Shown: one piece after another, positions 1-8,092 of the stretch | How positions within the stretch are numbered: the stretch's first letter is position 1 | Layout: each line of letters opens with the position of its first letter | IMG/VR virus record: IMGVR_UViG_3300045988_133192 | Strand: one strand, 5' to 3' | Source: a virus | Length of the DNA stretch: 59,337 bases | Made by a program: the position numbers and the translations under genes | The notes under the pieces: generated by a model | Database searches by the model: none | What the model saw: only the letters and a program-made list of their open reading frames with translations | What the model was told of the DNA's origin: nothing

Positions 1-55
1 GATGCGATGTTGATAGAATAACCCCCGCGAGTTACAAATGTAAATCAAACTCAGC
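1..55. repeat. Terminal direct repeat copy 1 (identical to 59283-59337)
   Basis: gatgcgatgttgatagaataacccccgcgagttacaaatgtaaatcaaactcagc occurs at both ends, 55/55 identical by direct reading. Confidence 0.95.
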
Positions 56-89
56 CGCAAGGTTTAACCGCCTTGCGGCTTTTCTTTTG
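53..89 (+). terminator. Rho-independent terminator
   Basis: Stem agccgcaagg / ccttgcggct (10 bp) with an 8-nt loop, followed by tttcttttg. Confidence 0.8.
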
Positions 90-109
90 CAAAAATAATA
101 TCACACCTG

Positions 110-138
110 TTGACTTGCTCGCAAATAGAAGTGATAAT
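110..138 (+). promoter_or_regulatory. Early promoter cassette (TTGACT-N17-GATAAT) with degenerate operator in the spacer
   Basis: cacctgTTGACTtgctcgcaaatagaagtGATAAT. Same architecture as the cassettes at 3770, 43600, 45102 and 49829. Confidence 0.7.
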
Positions 139-189
139 ACAATCACAGAATGATTTACAAACACACAACGGAGAGTAGATGGCACAAAA

Positions 190-372
190 ATGATGATTAC
201 ATACAAAACCAACAGCGCAGTCGATACCAAGGAATCCGTTGAATGGTATTTTGGAAAATCTTTCGTCGCAAGCTCCACTGCATCCGCAAAGTATGAACAC
301 AAGAAGACCGGGAAAAGCATCTTCAAGCTCTGGCAGGATGGAACCGGTTGTCTCACCATCAAAATCAACTAA
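190..372 (+). CDS. hypothetical small early protein (60 aa)
   Basis: First ORF downstream of promoter 110-138, with GGAG upstream. Confidence 0.5.
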   Translation: MMITYKTNSAVDTKESVEWYFGKSFVASSTASAKYEHKKTGKSIFKLWQDGTGCLTIKIN

Positions 373-386
373 AAGGGGAAATGGAA

Positions 387-551
387 ATGTTTAAGAAGCT
401 GGCCAAAATGATTTCCGAAATCAAAACCGAAAACGACCGAGATGCTACATTCTGGCAGATCGACCGTGAGTTTGAGCAGGAGAAGATCTCCGCAGCAGAC
501 CACGAGCTGCTTTATAAGCTGGCCGGAATGGTCGAAGTCGAGGAGGGCTAA
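387..551 (+). CDS. hypothetical small protein (MFKKLAKM...)
   Basis: Internal ATG of ORF 348-551, 8 nt after an AAGGGG RBS. Confidence 0.55.
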   Translation: MFKKLAKMISEIKTENDRDATFWQIDREFEQEKISAADHELLYKLAGMVEVEEG

Positions 552-554
552 AAA

Positions 555-778
555 ATGACTGTCAAGATCGCGCTGAAGAAGAAGTTCAACAAGAACGCCG
601 CCGCCTGTTTTATACCGAGTACGCGAAGAGCGTCACCTGCAAGACCATCCCGGCCGCCGAAATCATGGCGATGGGCTTTGACGAAACCGACCCGCACGAC
701 CAGTACGTCGTTGTCAAGGACGAGGACGGAAGCGAAAGCACGTTCCGCAACAGCTACGTTGACGTTTTTATCTTCTGA
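555..778 (+). pseudogene. small early gene with apparent -1 frameshift near 600-612
   Basis: ATG frame (MTVKIALKKKFNKNAAA) has good GC3 bias only up to gccgccgcc. The protein-like continuation (LFYTEYAKSVTCKTIPAAEIMAMGFDETDPHDQYVVVKDEDGSESTFRNSYVDVFIF*) is in the -1 frame and has no start of its own. Confidence 0.4.
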
Positions 779-793
779 ACAGGAGGGAGCAAC

Positions 794-1009
794 ATGAAAG
801 CATCCAAGCAAATGGCAAAGGCCCTGCTGACCAGCGGCCAGTACCGCACAAAAAAGTACCTCTACACGCTGGGCTACAACATGTACGGTCAAGAGATCGT
901 ACAACGCACCCAGATCGACAGCGAGGGCCACAGAATCGGCAACGCATACTCAGCAGGATTTTTCAACGCCTATGACTACCCGGAAGAATGGAGAGAGAAA
1001 AATGTTTAA
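794..1009 (+). CDS. hypothetical protein (71 aa)
   Basis: GGAGGGAG RBS 6 nt upstream of the ATG; good third-position GC bias. Confidence 0.6.
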   Translation: MKASKQMAKALLTSGQYRTKKYLYTLGYNMYGQEIVQRTQIDSEGHRIGNAYSAGFFNAYDYPEEWREKNV

Positions 1010-1397
1010 TATCACTGATACCGAAAAGCTGCGGGATGCCTACATCTTCCTGACATTCGCTCAGAACGCCCCCGCCGCTGCACCTGAGAAAAAGGCCAAC
1101 CGTGAAATCTTTATCACCAACACGAAGCGGGAAATCCGGGAATACAACAACCGCCCGATCTCCAACACGCGCATTATAAGCGCAGACTACGATGGACGCC
1201 TTGAACTTGTCCGACTGCCTGACGAGCTGGACACGGCACACAAAGAGGACGCCGCTGAGTGGTTCGATGATAACTGCTATCTGGAAGCCTGCAACAGCCC
1301 CTATGACTGCACCGGGCAGGAGTTCACAAGCTGGTATCACCTGTTCCATCGGCGGGGCCACTGGTACGCCTATCACATGGTCAGTCGGGACGTTTGA
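1002..1397 (+). CDS. hypothetical protein (131 aa)
   Basis: ATG at 1002 after a GGAGAGAG RBS; overlaps the stop of the previous gene. Confidence 0.6.
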   Translation: MFNITDTEKLRDAYIFLTFAQNAPAAAPEKKANREIFITNTKREIREYNNRPISNTRIISADYDGRLELVRLPDELDTAHKEDAAEWFDDNCYLEACNSPYDCTGQEFTSWYHLFHRRGHWYAYHMVSRDV

Positions 1398-1410
1398 ACC
1401 GAATACAGCA

Positions 1411-1448
1411 AAAGGCCCAGAACCGCAGGAAAGCGGCTCCGGGCCTTT
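1411..1448. terminator. Bidirectional hairpin between convergent genes (also an attP candidate)
   Basis: aaaggccc...gggccttt outer stem with inner ccgc/gcgg pairing, A-run before and T-run after. Lies at the 3' end of the integrase gene. Confidence 0.6.
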
Positions 1449-3172
1449 TATATTGCCTTATAAGTGAACTTGTGAGAAATTCCATTCTTGAACGTCAGCA
1501 TTTCCACATGGCCGTTTCTCATGCGTACAGAATCGACGATCGACAGAAAGAACGACCGCAGCACAGACGGCTCCGTACATTCGGCCAACCCCTGAAAATA
1601 AATATACTCACGTTCCTGCAACCGCTGGGACATGATGAAGCTGCTGGCCTGTTCCAAAAAATCGTCATCCGAAAGCGACTGCGCCCACGATTCCGATGTC
1701 AGCAGGCCGATGGACTTGTCCTGTTCTTTCAGATCGTTCATCAAGTCGTTTTTCTTTATCAGGTATTCTTTATCCGACATCTGCTTGTTTGAATACAGGT
1801 AGATGTGATCGAGCCGTGTGAGGGCGCGTTCCGTCTTTCGCTTATCTGCCCGCAGTTTGCGCAGCTCCGGGTCGAGATTCTTTTTAACCGTCGGCTTTTT
1901 CAGAAGCACCGAATCAGCGGGGGAGTATTCGGCCAGCATTTCATACAGGGCGGCCACGCTGGCCGAATCTATTCCGGCCACGTTCTTGAACGTATCGCCG
2001 CGCAGGAGCCGCGCTTCAAGATCAGCAGGGGATTTTATCTGGTCGAAGCTCTTTTGAGCATTTATCACGTTCAAAATGAAATTTAGCAGAAATTCGCCCA
2101 GCACAGTGTCAGAAGTATATTTTGCATTGCAGGTCTTTGTCTTGCGCACGTTCGGGCAGCCATACTTGGCCGACCGATACCCGGACGCATGGAGCTTGCC
2201 CGGAGAAGCCGTAAAAGCGGCCCCACAGCAAGCGCACCATATAAGCCCGGAAAAGATATTCACGTTCTTCTGTGTCGCGCTCCTGCCGGGTGTATTGCGG
2301 TATCTGGCGTTTGAATCCAGCATCTTCTGAACCCTGTCGAATCGTTCCTTACTCACAAGTGGGGTGTGATGGTCTTGTATCACGACCCATTCGGATTCGT
2401 CCTTGATAGCCTTGCGCCCCGGTATCTTGTAATAATTATAGCGGTATGTGCCGATATACCACGGATTCCGAAGAATCGTCCAGACAGACACAGGGGAGAA
2501 CGGATTGTGCTGGCGTGACACATAGCCGCGGTCGTTCAGCTCCCGCGCCGTGTGAACCAGCGAATCCGTCTTTTCGTACAAGTCGTACATTTCCAGCACA
2601 ATGAAGCTTTCATCGCCATTGACGGAAAACGTCTGGGTTTCTTTGTTGTAATCATACCCAAACGGAACCCGGCCGCCGTTCCATGTGCCATCGTTCGCCC
2701 TGCTGATCATCGTGGCCGTGACGCGCTCCGCTGTCGTCTTGCGCTCCAACTCCGCAAAAATTAGCACCATTTTGAGCATTGCTTCACCCATCGCCGTGGA
2801 CGTGTCGAATTGCTCATTGCGCGAGATGAACGTCACGCCGAGCATCTTCAATTCCTCATACATCTGGGCGAAGTCGAGCAGGTTTCGGCTGATACGGTCA
2901 ATCTTCCAGACGAGCAGATGGGAGTACATACCGTTCCGAATCTGCATCATCATTTTTTGAAAGGCCGGCCGATCAGTATTCTTTCCCGAATAGCCCGCAT
3001 CCTCAAAAATGGTATAGTCGCTGATGTTCAAGGCATATTCGCAGTAGCCGACAAGGTCTTTCCGCTGCATGGGCAGGCTGTCACGATCTACCTGATACGC
3101 GGTCGAAACACGCAGGTATATGGCCGCCCGCTGCGGCTTTTCTTTTGGCGCGTCGATTTTCTTCTTTCTCAT
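1448..3172 (-). CDS. large serine recombinase (integrase)
   Basis: 574 aa. N-terminal resolvase catalytic motif AAIYLRVSTAYQVDRDSLPMQRKDL and GYSGKNTDRPAFQKMM. Central recombinase domain and Cys-rich zinc-ribbon region (CACCG...CPN...C). Confidence 0.95.
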   Translation of the reverse strand: MRKKKIDAPKEKPQRAAIYLRVSTAYQVDRDSLPMQRKDLVGYCEYALNISDYTIFEDAGYSGKNTDRPAFQKMMMQIRNGMYSHLLVWKIDRISRNLLDFAQMYEELKMLGVTFISRNEQFDTSTAMGEAMLKMVLIFAELERKTTAERVTATMISRANDGTWNGGRVPFGYDYNKETQTFSVNGDESFIVLEMYDLYEKTDSLVHTARELNDRGYVSRQHNPFSPVSVWTILRNPWYIGTYRYNYYKIPGRKAIKDESEWVVIQDHHTPLVSKERFDRVQKMLDSNARYRNTPGRSATQKNVNIFSGLIWCACCGAAFTASPGKLHASGYRSAKYGCPNVRKTKTCNAKYTSDTVLGEFLLNFILNVINAQKSFDQIKSPADLEARLLRGDTFKNVAGIDSASVAALYEMLAEYSPADSVLLKKPTVKKNLDPELRKLRADKRKTERALTRLDHIYLYSNKQMSDKEYLIKKNDLMNDLKEQDKSIGLLTSESWAQSLSDDDFLEQASSFIMSQRLQEREYIYFQGLAECTEPSVLRSFFLSIVDSVRMRNGHVEMLTFKNGISHKFTYKAI

Positions 3173-3303
3173 TGCTGGGCCTTATCTTTCGGAACGTATT
3201 TTGCCAAAATCTGCATGACCTTTTCACGATCTTCTACGCTGGCCGCCTGATATGCAGCAAGCAGCGTTTGAAGTTCCTGAATGAATTCTTCCTGCGAAAC
3301 CAT
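3169..3303 (-). CDS. small ORF (44 aa, MVSQEEFIQELQTLLAAYQAASVEDREKVMQILAKYVPKDKAQQ) coupled to int
   Basis: GAGGTG RBS 5 nt upstream. Its stop overlaps the int start (ATGA). Below the 60-aa cut-off of the ORF track. Confidence 0.45.
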   Translation of the reverse strand: MVSQEEFIQELQTLLAAYQAASVEDREKVMQILAKYVPKDKAQQ

Positions 3304-3320
3304 AGCACACCTCTTATATT

Positions 3321-3722
3321 TTACTCTTTCTTTTCGGCATCCACGGCAGGATCAGCGACAGCCGCAACGTGGGTGCGCAAAAAGTCCTTGCACATGGAAC
3401 GCTTTTCCACCGGGATGGAGCGGTAAATCGAAAGCAGCTCTTTTTCGTCAGCATCCAGCACGTCAAGGTTTTTGCGGCCGTGCGCTTTAAGCCGCTGCTT
3501 TTCGGTATCGGTCAAGATCACAATGCCGTCCCGGCCGTAAACCAGTTCGTCGATACTCATGCCAAGCCGTTCGGCCATGCCCTGAATCATATCCAGATGG
3601 GGAGCCTTGCCTTTTTTCAGGCGGGCGATGTTGGAACTCGCAAATCCGCTCTCAATAATGAGTCTGCTGGGTGCGATGTCGTGCCGTGCGCAGGCGTCCA
3701 AAATGTTTTCGTACAAGCCCAT
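3321..3722 (-). CDS. cI-like XRE-family HTH repressor
   Basis: HTH SSNIARLKKGKAPHLDMIQGMAERLGMSIDELV. Divergent from the cro-like gene across an operator-rich region. ATG at 3722 is preferred over the GTG at 3734 (GAGGTG RBS). Confidence 0.85.
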   Translation of the reverse strand: MGLYENILDACARHDIAPSRLIIESGFASSNIARLKKGKAPHLDMIQGMAERLGMSIDELVYGRDGIVILTDTEKQRLKAHGRKNLDVLDADEKELLSIYRSIPVEKRSMCKDFLRTHVAAVADPAVDAEKKE

Positions 3723-3734
3723 AATATAAAACAC

Positions 3735-3845
3735 CTCACAAATTTACTCACAAATGAGAGTAAAAGCTGTTGACTCACTCACAAATGAGAGCTATAATAA
3801 CAAATGTAAACCGACGAAAGCTCACAAAGTCGTTTACAAATGTAA
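3735..3845. promoter_or_regulatory. Immunity region: rightward promoter 3770-3798 plus two operator types
   Basis: TTGACT(3770-3775)-N17-TATAAT(3793-3798). CTCACAAATGAGAG at 3747-3760 and 3778-3791 (the latter inside the spacer), with partial copies at 3735 and 3821. A second palindrome, TTACAAATGTAA, lies at 3834-3845 (partial copy at 3799-3810; also at 32-43). Confidence 0.75.
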
Positions 3846-3904
3846 GTATACCCTAAATATAGCATAGCTCACCAAAAAAAGCAAAGGAGGTCAAGAATTA
3901 AAAT

Positions 3905-4126
3905 ATGAAGCTCGAACTGCATCTGGACTGGAAGCGCACGGTCAAGACCATTATGACCATGAGAGGTCTGTCCAACAGCGATCTGGCGCAGGCTGCCGGT
4001 ACTACCGACGCAACCATGCGGCAGGTCATCAACAAATCGGTCAAGGGAGCCGTGATGAACAAAGTCAGCGAGTATCTTGGTATCACCAATGCCGAAGTTC
4101 ATCACGTCGTGATCGAGGTCGAATAA
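3905..4126 (+). CDS. Cro-like small HTH regulator
   Basis: 73 aa with HTH MRGLSNSDLAQAAGTTDATMRQVIN. First gene rightward of the operators. Confidence 0.7.
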   Translation: MKLELHLDWKRTVKTIMTMRGLSNSDLAQAAGTTDATMRQVINKSVKGAVMNKVSEYLGITNAEVHHVVIEVE

Positions 4127-4163
4127 CCTTACATCTATTTTACAGCATTGGAGCCGAGAAGAT

Positions 4164-4664
4164 ATGCAGAATGAGTGCAGCAAAGGCAATGACAACTATT
4201 ACTTTTTGTGTCGGAAAAAAGCGTCGGAACACAACGACGCACTGAGCAGCCGCCTTGGAGCGGCGTCCCGTCTGAACATTTCGGAAAGCGCACTGCGCAA
4301 CTATGAGGTCGATACCGCCAACGTGCCCCAGGATATTGTTTGCGCGATGGCTGACCTCTACGGTATGCCCGAAATGGAAACCCACTACTGCAAAAACGAC
4401 TGCCCCATCGGAAAGCACGTCGGCAGCGCCATGACCTGCGAGGTCAGGAGCATTGAAAGCGTGGCCGTCAACTTCCTGACACACACCAACGGCAACGACA
4501 TTCAGGCCATGCAGAACGCTGTCCTGAAGATCGCCATTGACGGCAAAATCAGCCAGCAGGAACGTGACCAGCTCCGAAAGATAGTCGCTTTTATCGAAAA
4601 CATCTCACGGGACGCAAGCGATATGCGGCTGCTGCTTGAGAGGAAGTGCCAGAATGGAGCTTAA
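4164..4664 (+). CDS. XRE-type HTH regulator with C-terminal extension
   Basis: HTH-like SSRLGAASRLNISESALRNYEVDTANVPQDIVCAMADLYG. Confidence 0.65.
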   Translation: MQNECSKGNDNYYFLCRKKASEHNDALSSRLGAASRLNISESALRNYEVDTANVPQDIVCAMADLYGMPEMETHYCKNDCPIGKHVGSAMTCEVRSIESVAVNFLTHTNGNDIQAMQNAVLKIAIDGKISQQERDQLRKIVAFIENISRDASDMRLLLERKCQNGA

Positions 4665-4806
4665 AGACATTTTGCGCGACATCCTCAAGCGCGAATATGG
4701 CATCGAAACGGACGCCCAGCTCATGCAGGCTATCCGTGAGCAAAAGCCGCTGGACATCGGGATTTTCGTTTCGCAGCCTGCAAGCCAACAGGCGAAAGCC
4801 TGCTGA
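4654..4806 (+). CDS. small ORF (50 aa, MELKDILRDILKREYGIETDAQLMQAIREQKPLDIGIFVS...)
   Basis: Fills the gap between 4664 and 4829 and overlaps the upstream stop. Protein-like composition. Under the 60-aa threshold. Confidence 0.4.
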   Translation: MELKDILRDILKREYGIETDAQLMQAIREQKPLDIGIFVSQPASQQAKAC

Positions 4807-4828
4807 ACCATCCACAGGAGGTATGAAC

Positions 4829-5776
4829 ATGGAAGAACTTACCGTCCAGATTCAGAAACCCATCATCCCGCCGCTGGTCTGGAACAAAGAAGCCGTTGAA
4901 GCCTATGTCAATGATGCCGTTGAAAAGTACGTCGGCATCGTCTACACCGATGACATGATCGACGACGCGAAGAAAGACCGGGCAAAGCTCAACGCGCTGG
5001 AAAAACAGCTGGCAAAGGCTTTCACGGCCACGAAAGACGTTTACCTTGGCCCGCTGGCCGAACTGGAAACCGTGACCAAAGACCTGCGGCAAAAAATCAA
5101 GAAAACGTCCGGGGAAATCGACGTACAGGTCAAATCTTATGAGGATGCACTGAAGCAGGCCAAAAAGAACGACCTCTATCACGTTTACACCGCCGCCGCT
5201 GGTTCGCTGGCTGTTCTCGTACCGTTTGAGAAAATTTTTAATGAACGCTGGCTCAACAAGACCTACGCTTTCAGCACCGCCGAAAAGGAGCTGAAAACCA
5301 TCATCGAGGAAAAGCGGCTGGAACTGGATGATCTGGCCGACGACTGCGAACCCGGCGAGGAATACGAAGCCGTAAAGCGGGCCTACCTCAAAAACCTGTC
5401 TATGAAAGAAGCTCGCGCCGAGCGCAAGGAGTTCCGCGACTTCAAGGCCCAGCAGGAGCAGGCAGCACAGGCCAAAGCCGCCGAAGAAGCCACCCGCCGC
5501 GCTGCGCCTGTTATCCAGCGTCCCACCGCCGAAGACCTTGAAATCAAGGCGCAGGCTGCCCAGAACGTCGAAATGTCGAAGATCATCGACGACAACGGCC
5601 GTCTGGATTTTTCCTCTCTCCGCGCCGCGCGGCCTGAACAGGCCGCCCCAGTCGAAGAACCTGCGCAGCAGCCCAAAATCTTTGAGCGCACTCTTCACGT
5701 CCGCTATACCGCCGAGCAGGGCCGTGAGCTGATCGAAGCTCTGAACAAAATCGGCCTTGAATACAAACTGATCTAA
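4829..5776 (+). CDS. RecT-associated coiled-coil protein (DUF1351-like), function unknown
   Basis: AGGAGG RBS 7 nt before the ATG at 4829. Long charged helical protein immediately upstream of recT, as in many Firmicute phages. Confidence 0.55.
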   Translation: MEELTVQIQKPIIPPLVWNKEAVEAYVNDAVEKYVGIVYTDDMIDDAKKDRAKLNALEKQLAKAFTATKDVYLGPLAELETVTKDLRQKIKKTSGEIDVQVKSYEDALKQAKKNDLYHVYTAAAGSLAVLVPFEKIFNERWLNKTYAFSTAEKELKTIIEEKRLELDDLADDCEPGEEYEAVKRAYLKNLSMKEARAERKEFRDFKAQQEQAAQAKAAEEATRRAAPVIQRPTAEDLEIKAQAAQNVEMSKIIDDNGRLDFSSLRAARPEQAAPVEEPAQQPKIFERTLHVRYTAEQGRELIEALNKIGLEYKLI

Positions 5777-5791
5777 CAGGAGGTCAATATT

Positions 5792-6694
5792 ATGGGATTT
5801 TCCGTACCGGGGCAGCCCCAAAACACCGCGCCGCGTGGCGCACCCGTCGCAACTTCCAGAGCCGGTGGCTATGCAGCTCCCACCACCCGCCAGCAGGAAG
5901 CCGCCCTTGCAACCGTCGCACCGTCTGAGCCTGTCAAGTATGAAGCAGGCGGCGAAGAAATCGAGCTTTCGCCGGAACTTATCAAGGCGTATCTGGTCAA
6001 CGGCGACGCCGACAAGGTCACAGATCAGGAAGTCATGATGTACTTGAACCTGTGCCGCTTCAACCACCTGAACCCTTGGCTGAAAGAGGTCTATCTTATC
6101 AAGTACGGCGATAAGCCCGCAACGATGGTTCCGGGCAAGGAATCTTTTATGAAGCGGGCCGAGCGAAACCAGCACTTTGCAGGCATTGAAAGCGGCATTG
6201 TCGTCCACAACTCCAACAATAACCAAATCGAGTACCGCGAGGGCAGCGCGGTCTATGAAGATTTTGGTGAAAAGCTGATCGGCGGCTGGGCCAAAGTCTA
6301 CCGCACCGACCGTCAGTTCCCGAACTACTCTGAATGTGCCCTCTCTGAATACCTTGGCAAAAAAGGCAACGGCGAGGTCAACCAGCAGTGGAGCACCAAA
6401 CCTGCGACCATGATTCGCAAAGTTGCAATGGTGCAAGCTCTCCGCGAAGCGTTCCCGACCGACCTTGGCGCGATGTATGCAGCAGAGGAGCAGGGCGTAG
6501 AGGAGCCGGACAGCCTGCCGCAGGGCAGACAGACCGAGCCGACCTTTAACCGCCGCCCGCGCAAGCCGAAAGCCCCGGCGCGGCCCGACGTCGAAATCAT
6601 CGACGCCACCCCAAACGATGAAACCGACCCGCTGGCAGCTCTCGAAAACGCTGGCCCTGAAAGCAGCGATATGCAGGAAGGACAGGAAAAATGA
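5792..6694 (+). CDS. recT: RecT-family single-strand annealing recombinase
   Basis: KYGDKPATMVPGKESFMKRAERNQHFAGIESGIVV and WSTKPATMIRKVAMVQALREAFP motifs. Confidence 0.9.
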   Translation: MGFSVPGQPQNTAPRGAPVATSRAGGYAAPTTRQQEAALATVAPSEPVKYEAGGEEIELSPELIKAYLVNGDADKVTDQEVMMYLNLCRFNHLNPWLKEVYLIKYGDKPATMVPGKESFMKRAERNQHFAGIESGIVVHNSNNNQIEYREGSAVYEDFGEKLIGGWAKVYRTDRQFPNYSECALSEYLGKKGNGEVNQQWSTKPATMIRKVAMVQALREAFPTDLGAMYAAEEQGVEEPDSLPQGRQTEPTFNRRPRKPKAPARPDVEIIDATPNDETDPLAALENAGPESSDMQEGQEK

Positions 6695-7251
6695 TCTGCA
6701 CAAGTAAAACAGGCGTCCTTGTTTATGGTGAGCTTGCCAAAGAGCCGGAATTTAAGCGGCTCCAGAATGGCAGCTACCTGATGAAGCTGAACATCCGCTA
6801 TGACAGCGAAAAGAACGAAGCAGGGAAGTGGCTTGGAAAATTCATTGACGTCAATATCTGGCGCGTTGACGTTGACCTCTGGGATGATATGCTCCACAAG
6901 GGCGATAATGTCATTGCCAGCGGCAAAAAGGTCGAGCCGCACGAATACAACGGCAAAACCTATTACCAGCTCGACGCCGAGGACGTCACCCCATCCGGCA
7001 AAACACAACTGCGCTGGCTGCAACAGGCCATTAACGCCGTTTGGAGCGCAGGCCCCACACCGGCAGAGCAGCCACCGGCAGCCACTGAACCGCCCCAGCC
7101 GGAACCGCAGCAGCAGGCCGCCCCGCCCGCGCCCCGCGCTGCTGCACCTGCACAACCCGCCCAGCAGCCCGAAAGCACCCAGCCTGCCCGCCAGTACACC
7201 GAGGACGAAATGCGAATCATCGAGGGCGACGACGATGATCTGCCGTTCTAA
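6691..7251 (+). CDS. ssb: single-stranded DNA-binding protein
   Basis: N-terminal OB-fold-like region, P/Q/A-rich linker and an acidic tail ending DDDDLPF (canonical SSB C-terminal tip). Confidence 0.8.
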   Translation: MICTSKTGVLVYGELAKEPEFKRLQNGSYLMKLNIRYDSEKNEAGKWLGKFIDVNIWRVDVDLWDDMLHKGDNVIASGKKVEPHEYNGKTYYQLDAEDVTPSGKTQLRWLQQAINAVWSAGPTPAEQPPAATEPPQPEPQQQAAPPAPRAAAPAQPAQQPESTQPARQYTEDEMRIIEGDDDDLPF

Positions 7252-7263
7252 GGAGGGCGCACG

Positions 7264-8091
7264 ATGGCAACATACAGACAGATATACATATCCTTTTGGA
7301 GCGACACGAAAGTCTGCGATGACTTTTCGCCGGAGGACAAGTATTTCTACATCTACCTGCTGACCAACCCTCACACCAATATCTGCGGATGCTACGAGAT
7401 CAGCTCCAGCCAGATGGCGCAGGAGCTTGGCTACAACGAAGAATCGGTCAAAAAGCTGCTGCGCCGCATGGAGCAGACGCATGATGTCATCCGCTACAAC
7501 TGGCAGAAAAAAGAACTCCTGATCCTGAACTGGCACAAGTACAACTGGACGAAAAGCCCGAAAATGATTTCGGCCGTCCGCGCCGTGGCCCAGTACATCA
7601 AGACCGACGAATACCGGGTCTATATCCTGTCCACGCTCGAACGCACCATCAACGGCCAGAAAGAACCCGCCCCGCAGCCTGCGGCGGCGGGCACTCTTTC
7701 CCTGGCGGCCCCTGCACAGCCCGCCGCCATCACCGCCCACCAGAAGACGGACGAAGAAGAAACCATGAGCCGCATGGTAGCATCCTACGAACAGAACATC
7801 GGCCCGATCAAACGCGCCGTGTTCGACGCTATGCGGACGTGGTGGCTGTCAAAGGGCGTCGAGCCTGACATGATCTGCGCCGCTATGGATGAAGCCGCCA
7901 TGCAGAACGCCCCGAACTGGACATACGCCGAGGGCATCTTGCGCCGCTGTCTTTCCGCAGGTATCACCACGCTGGCCGGATTCCGGGCAGATCAAAAGCA
8001 CTTCCAGAGCAAACGAAAAGGAGGTACGCCCGCCGCGCCCGCTGACCAACAGGAAGAACCCAGCCTGTACGCGGCGTTTGGCATGAACTGA
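7264..8091 (+). CDS. replisome organiser / DnaD-domain replication initiation protein
   Basis: N-terminal YISFWSDTKVCDDFSPEDKYFYIYLLTNPHTNICGCYEIS. C-terminal DnaD-like YEQNIGPI...WTYAEGILRRC. Confidence 0.85.
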   Translation: MATYRQIYISFWSDTKVCDDFSPEDKYFYIYLLTNPHTNICGCYEISSSQMAQELGYNEESVKKLLRRMEQTHDVIRYNWQKKELLILNWHKYNWTKSPKMISAVRAVAQYIKTDEYRVYILSTLERTINGQKEPAPQPAAAGTLSLAAPAQPAAITAHQKTDEEETMSRMVASYEQNIGPIKRAVFDAMRTWWLSKGVEPDMICAAMDEAAMQNAPNWTYAEGILRRCLSAGITTLAGFRADQKHFQSKRKGGTPAAPADQQEEPSLYAAFGMN

Positions 8092-8092
8092 T

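Noticed and set aside
4730-6703. 657-aa minus-strand ORF. The same applies to 6325-7740, 20754-21869, 24255-25829, 27655-29331, 29587-31290 and 39948-41276 on the minus strand.
   Set aside because: These lie antisense to well-supported genes (RecT, SSB, capsid, sheath, tape measure, RT). Their composition is R/G/A/V/L-rich low complexity, typical of shadow ORFs in GC-rich DNA. They have no RBS context.
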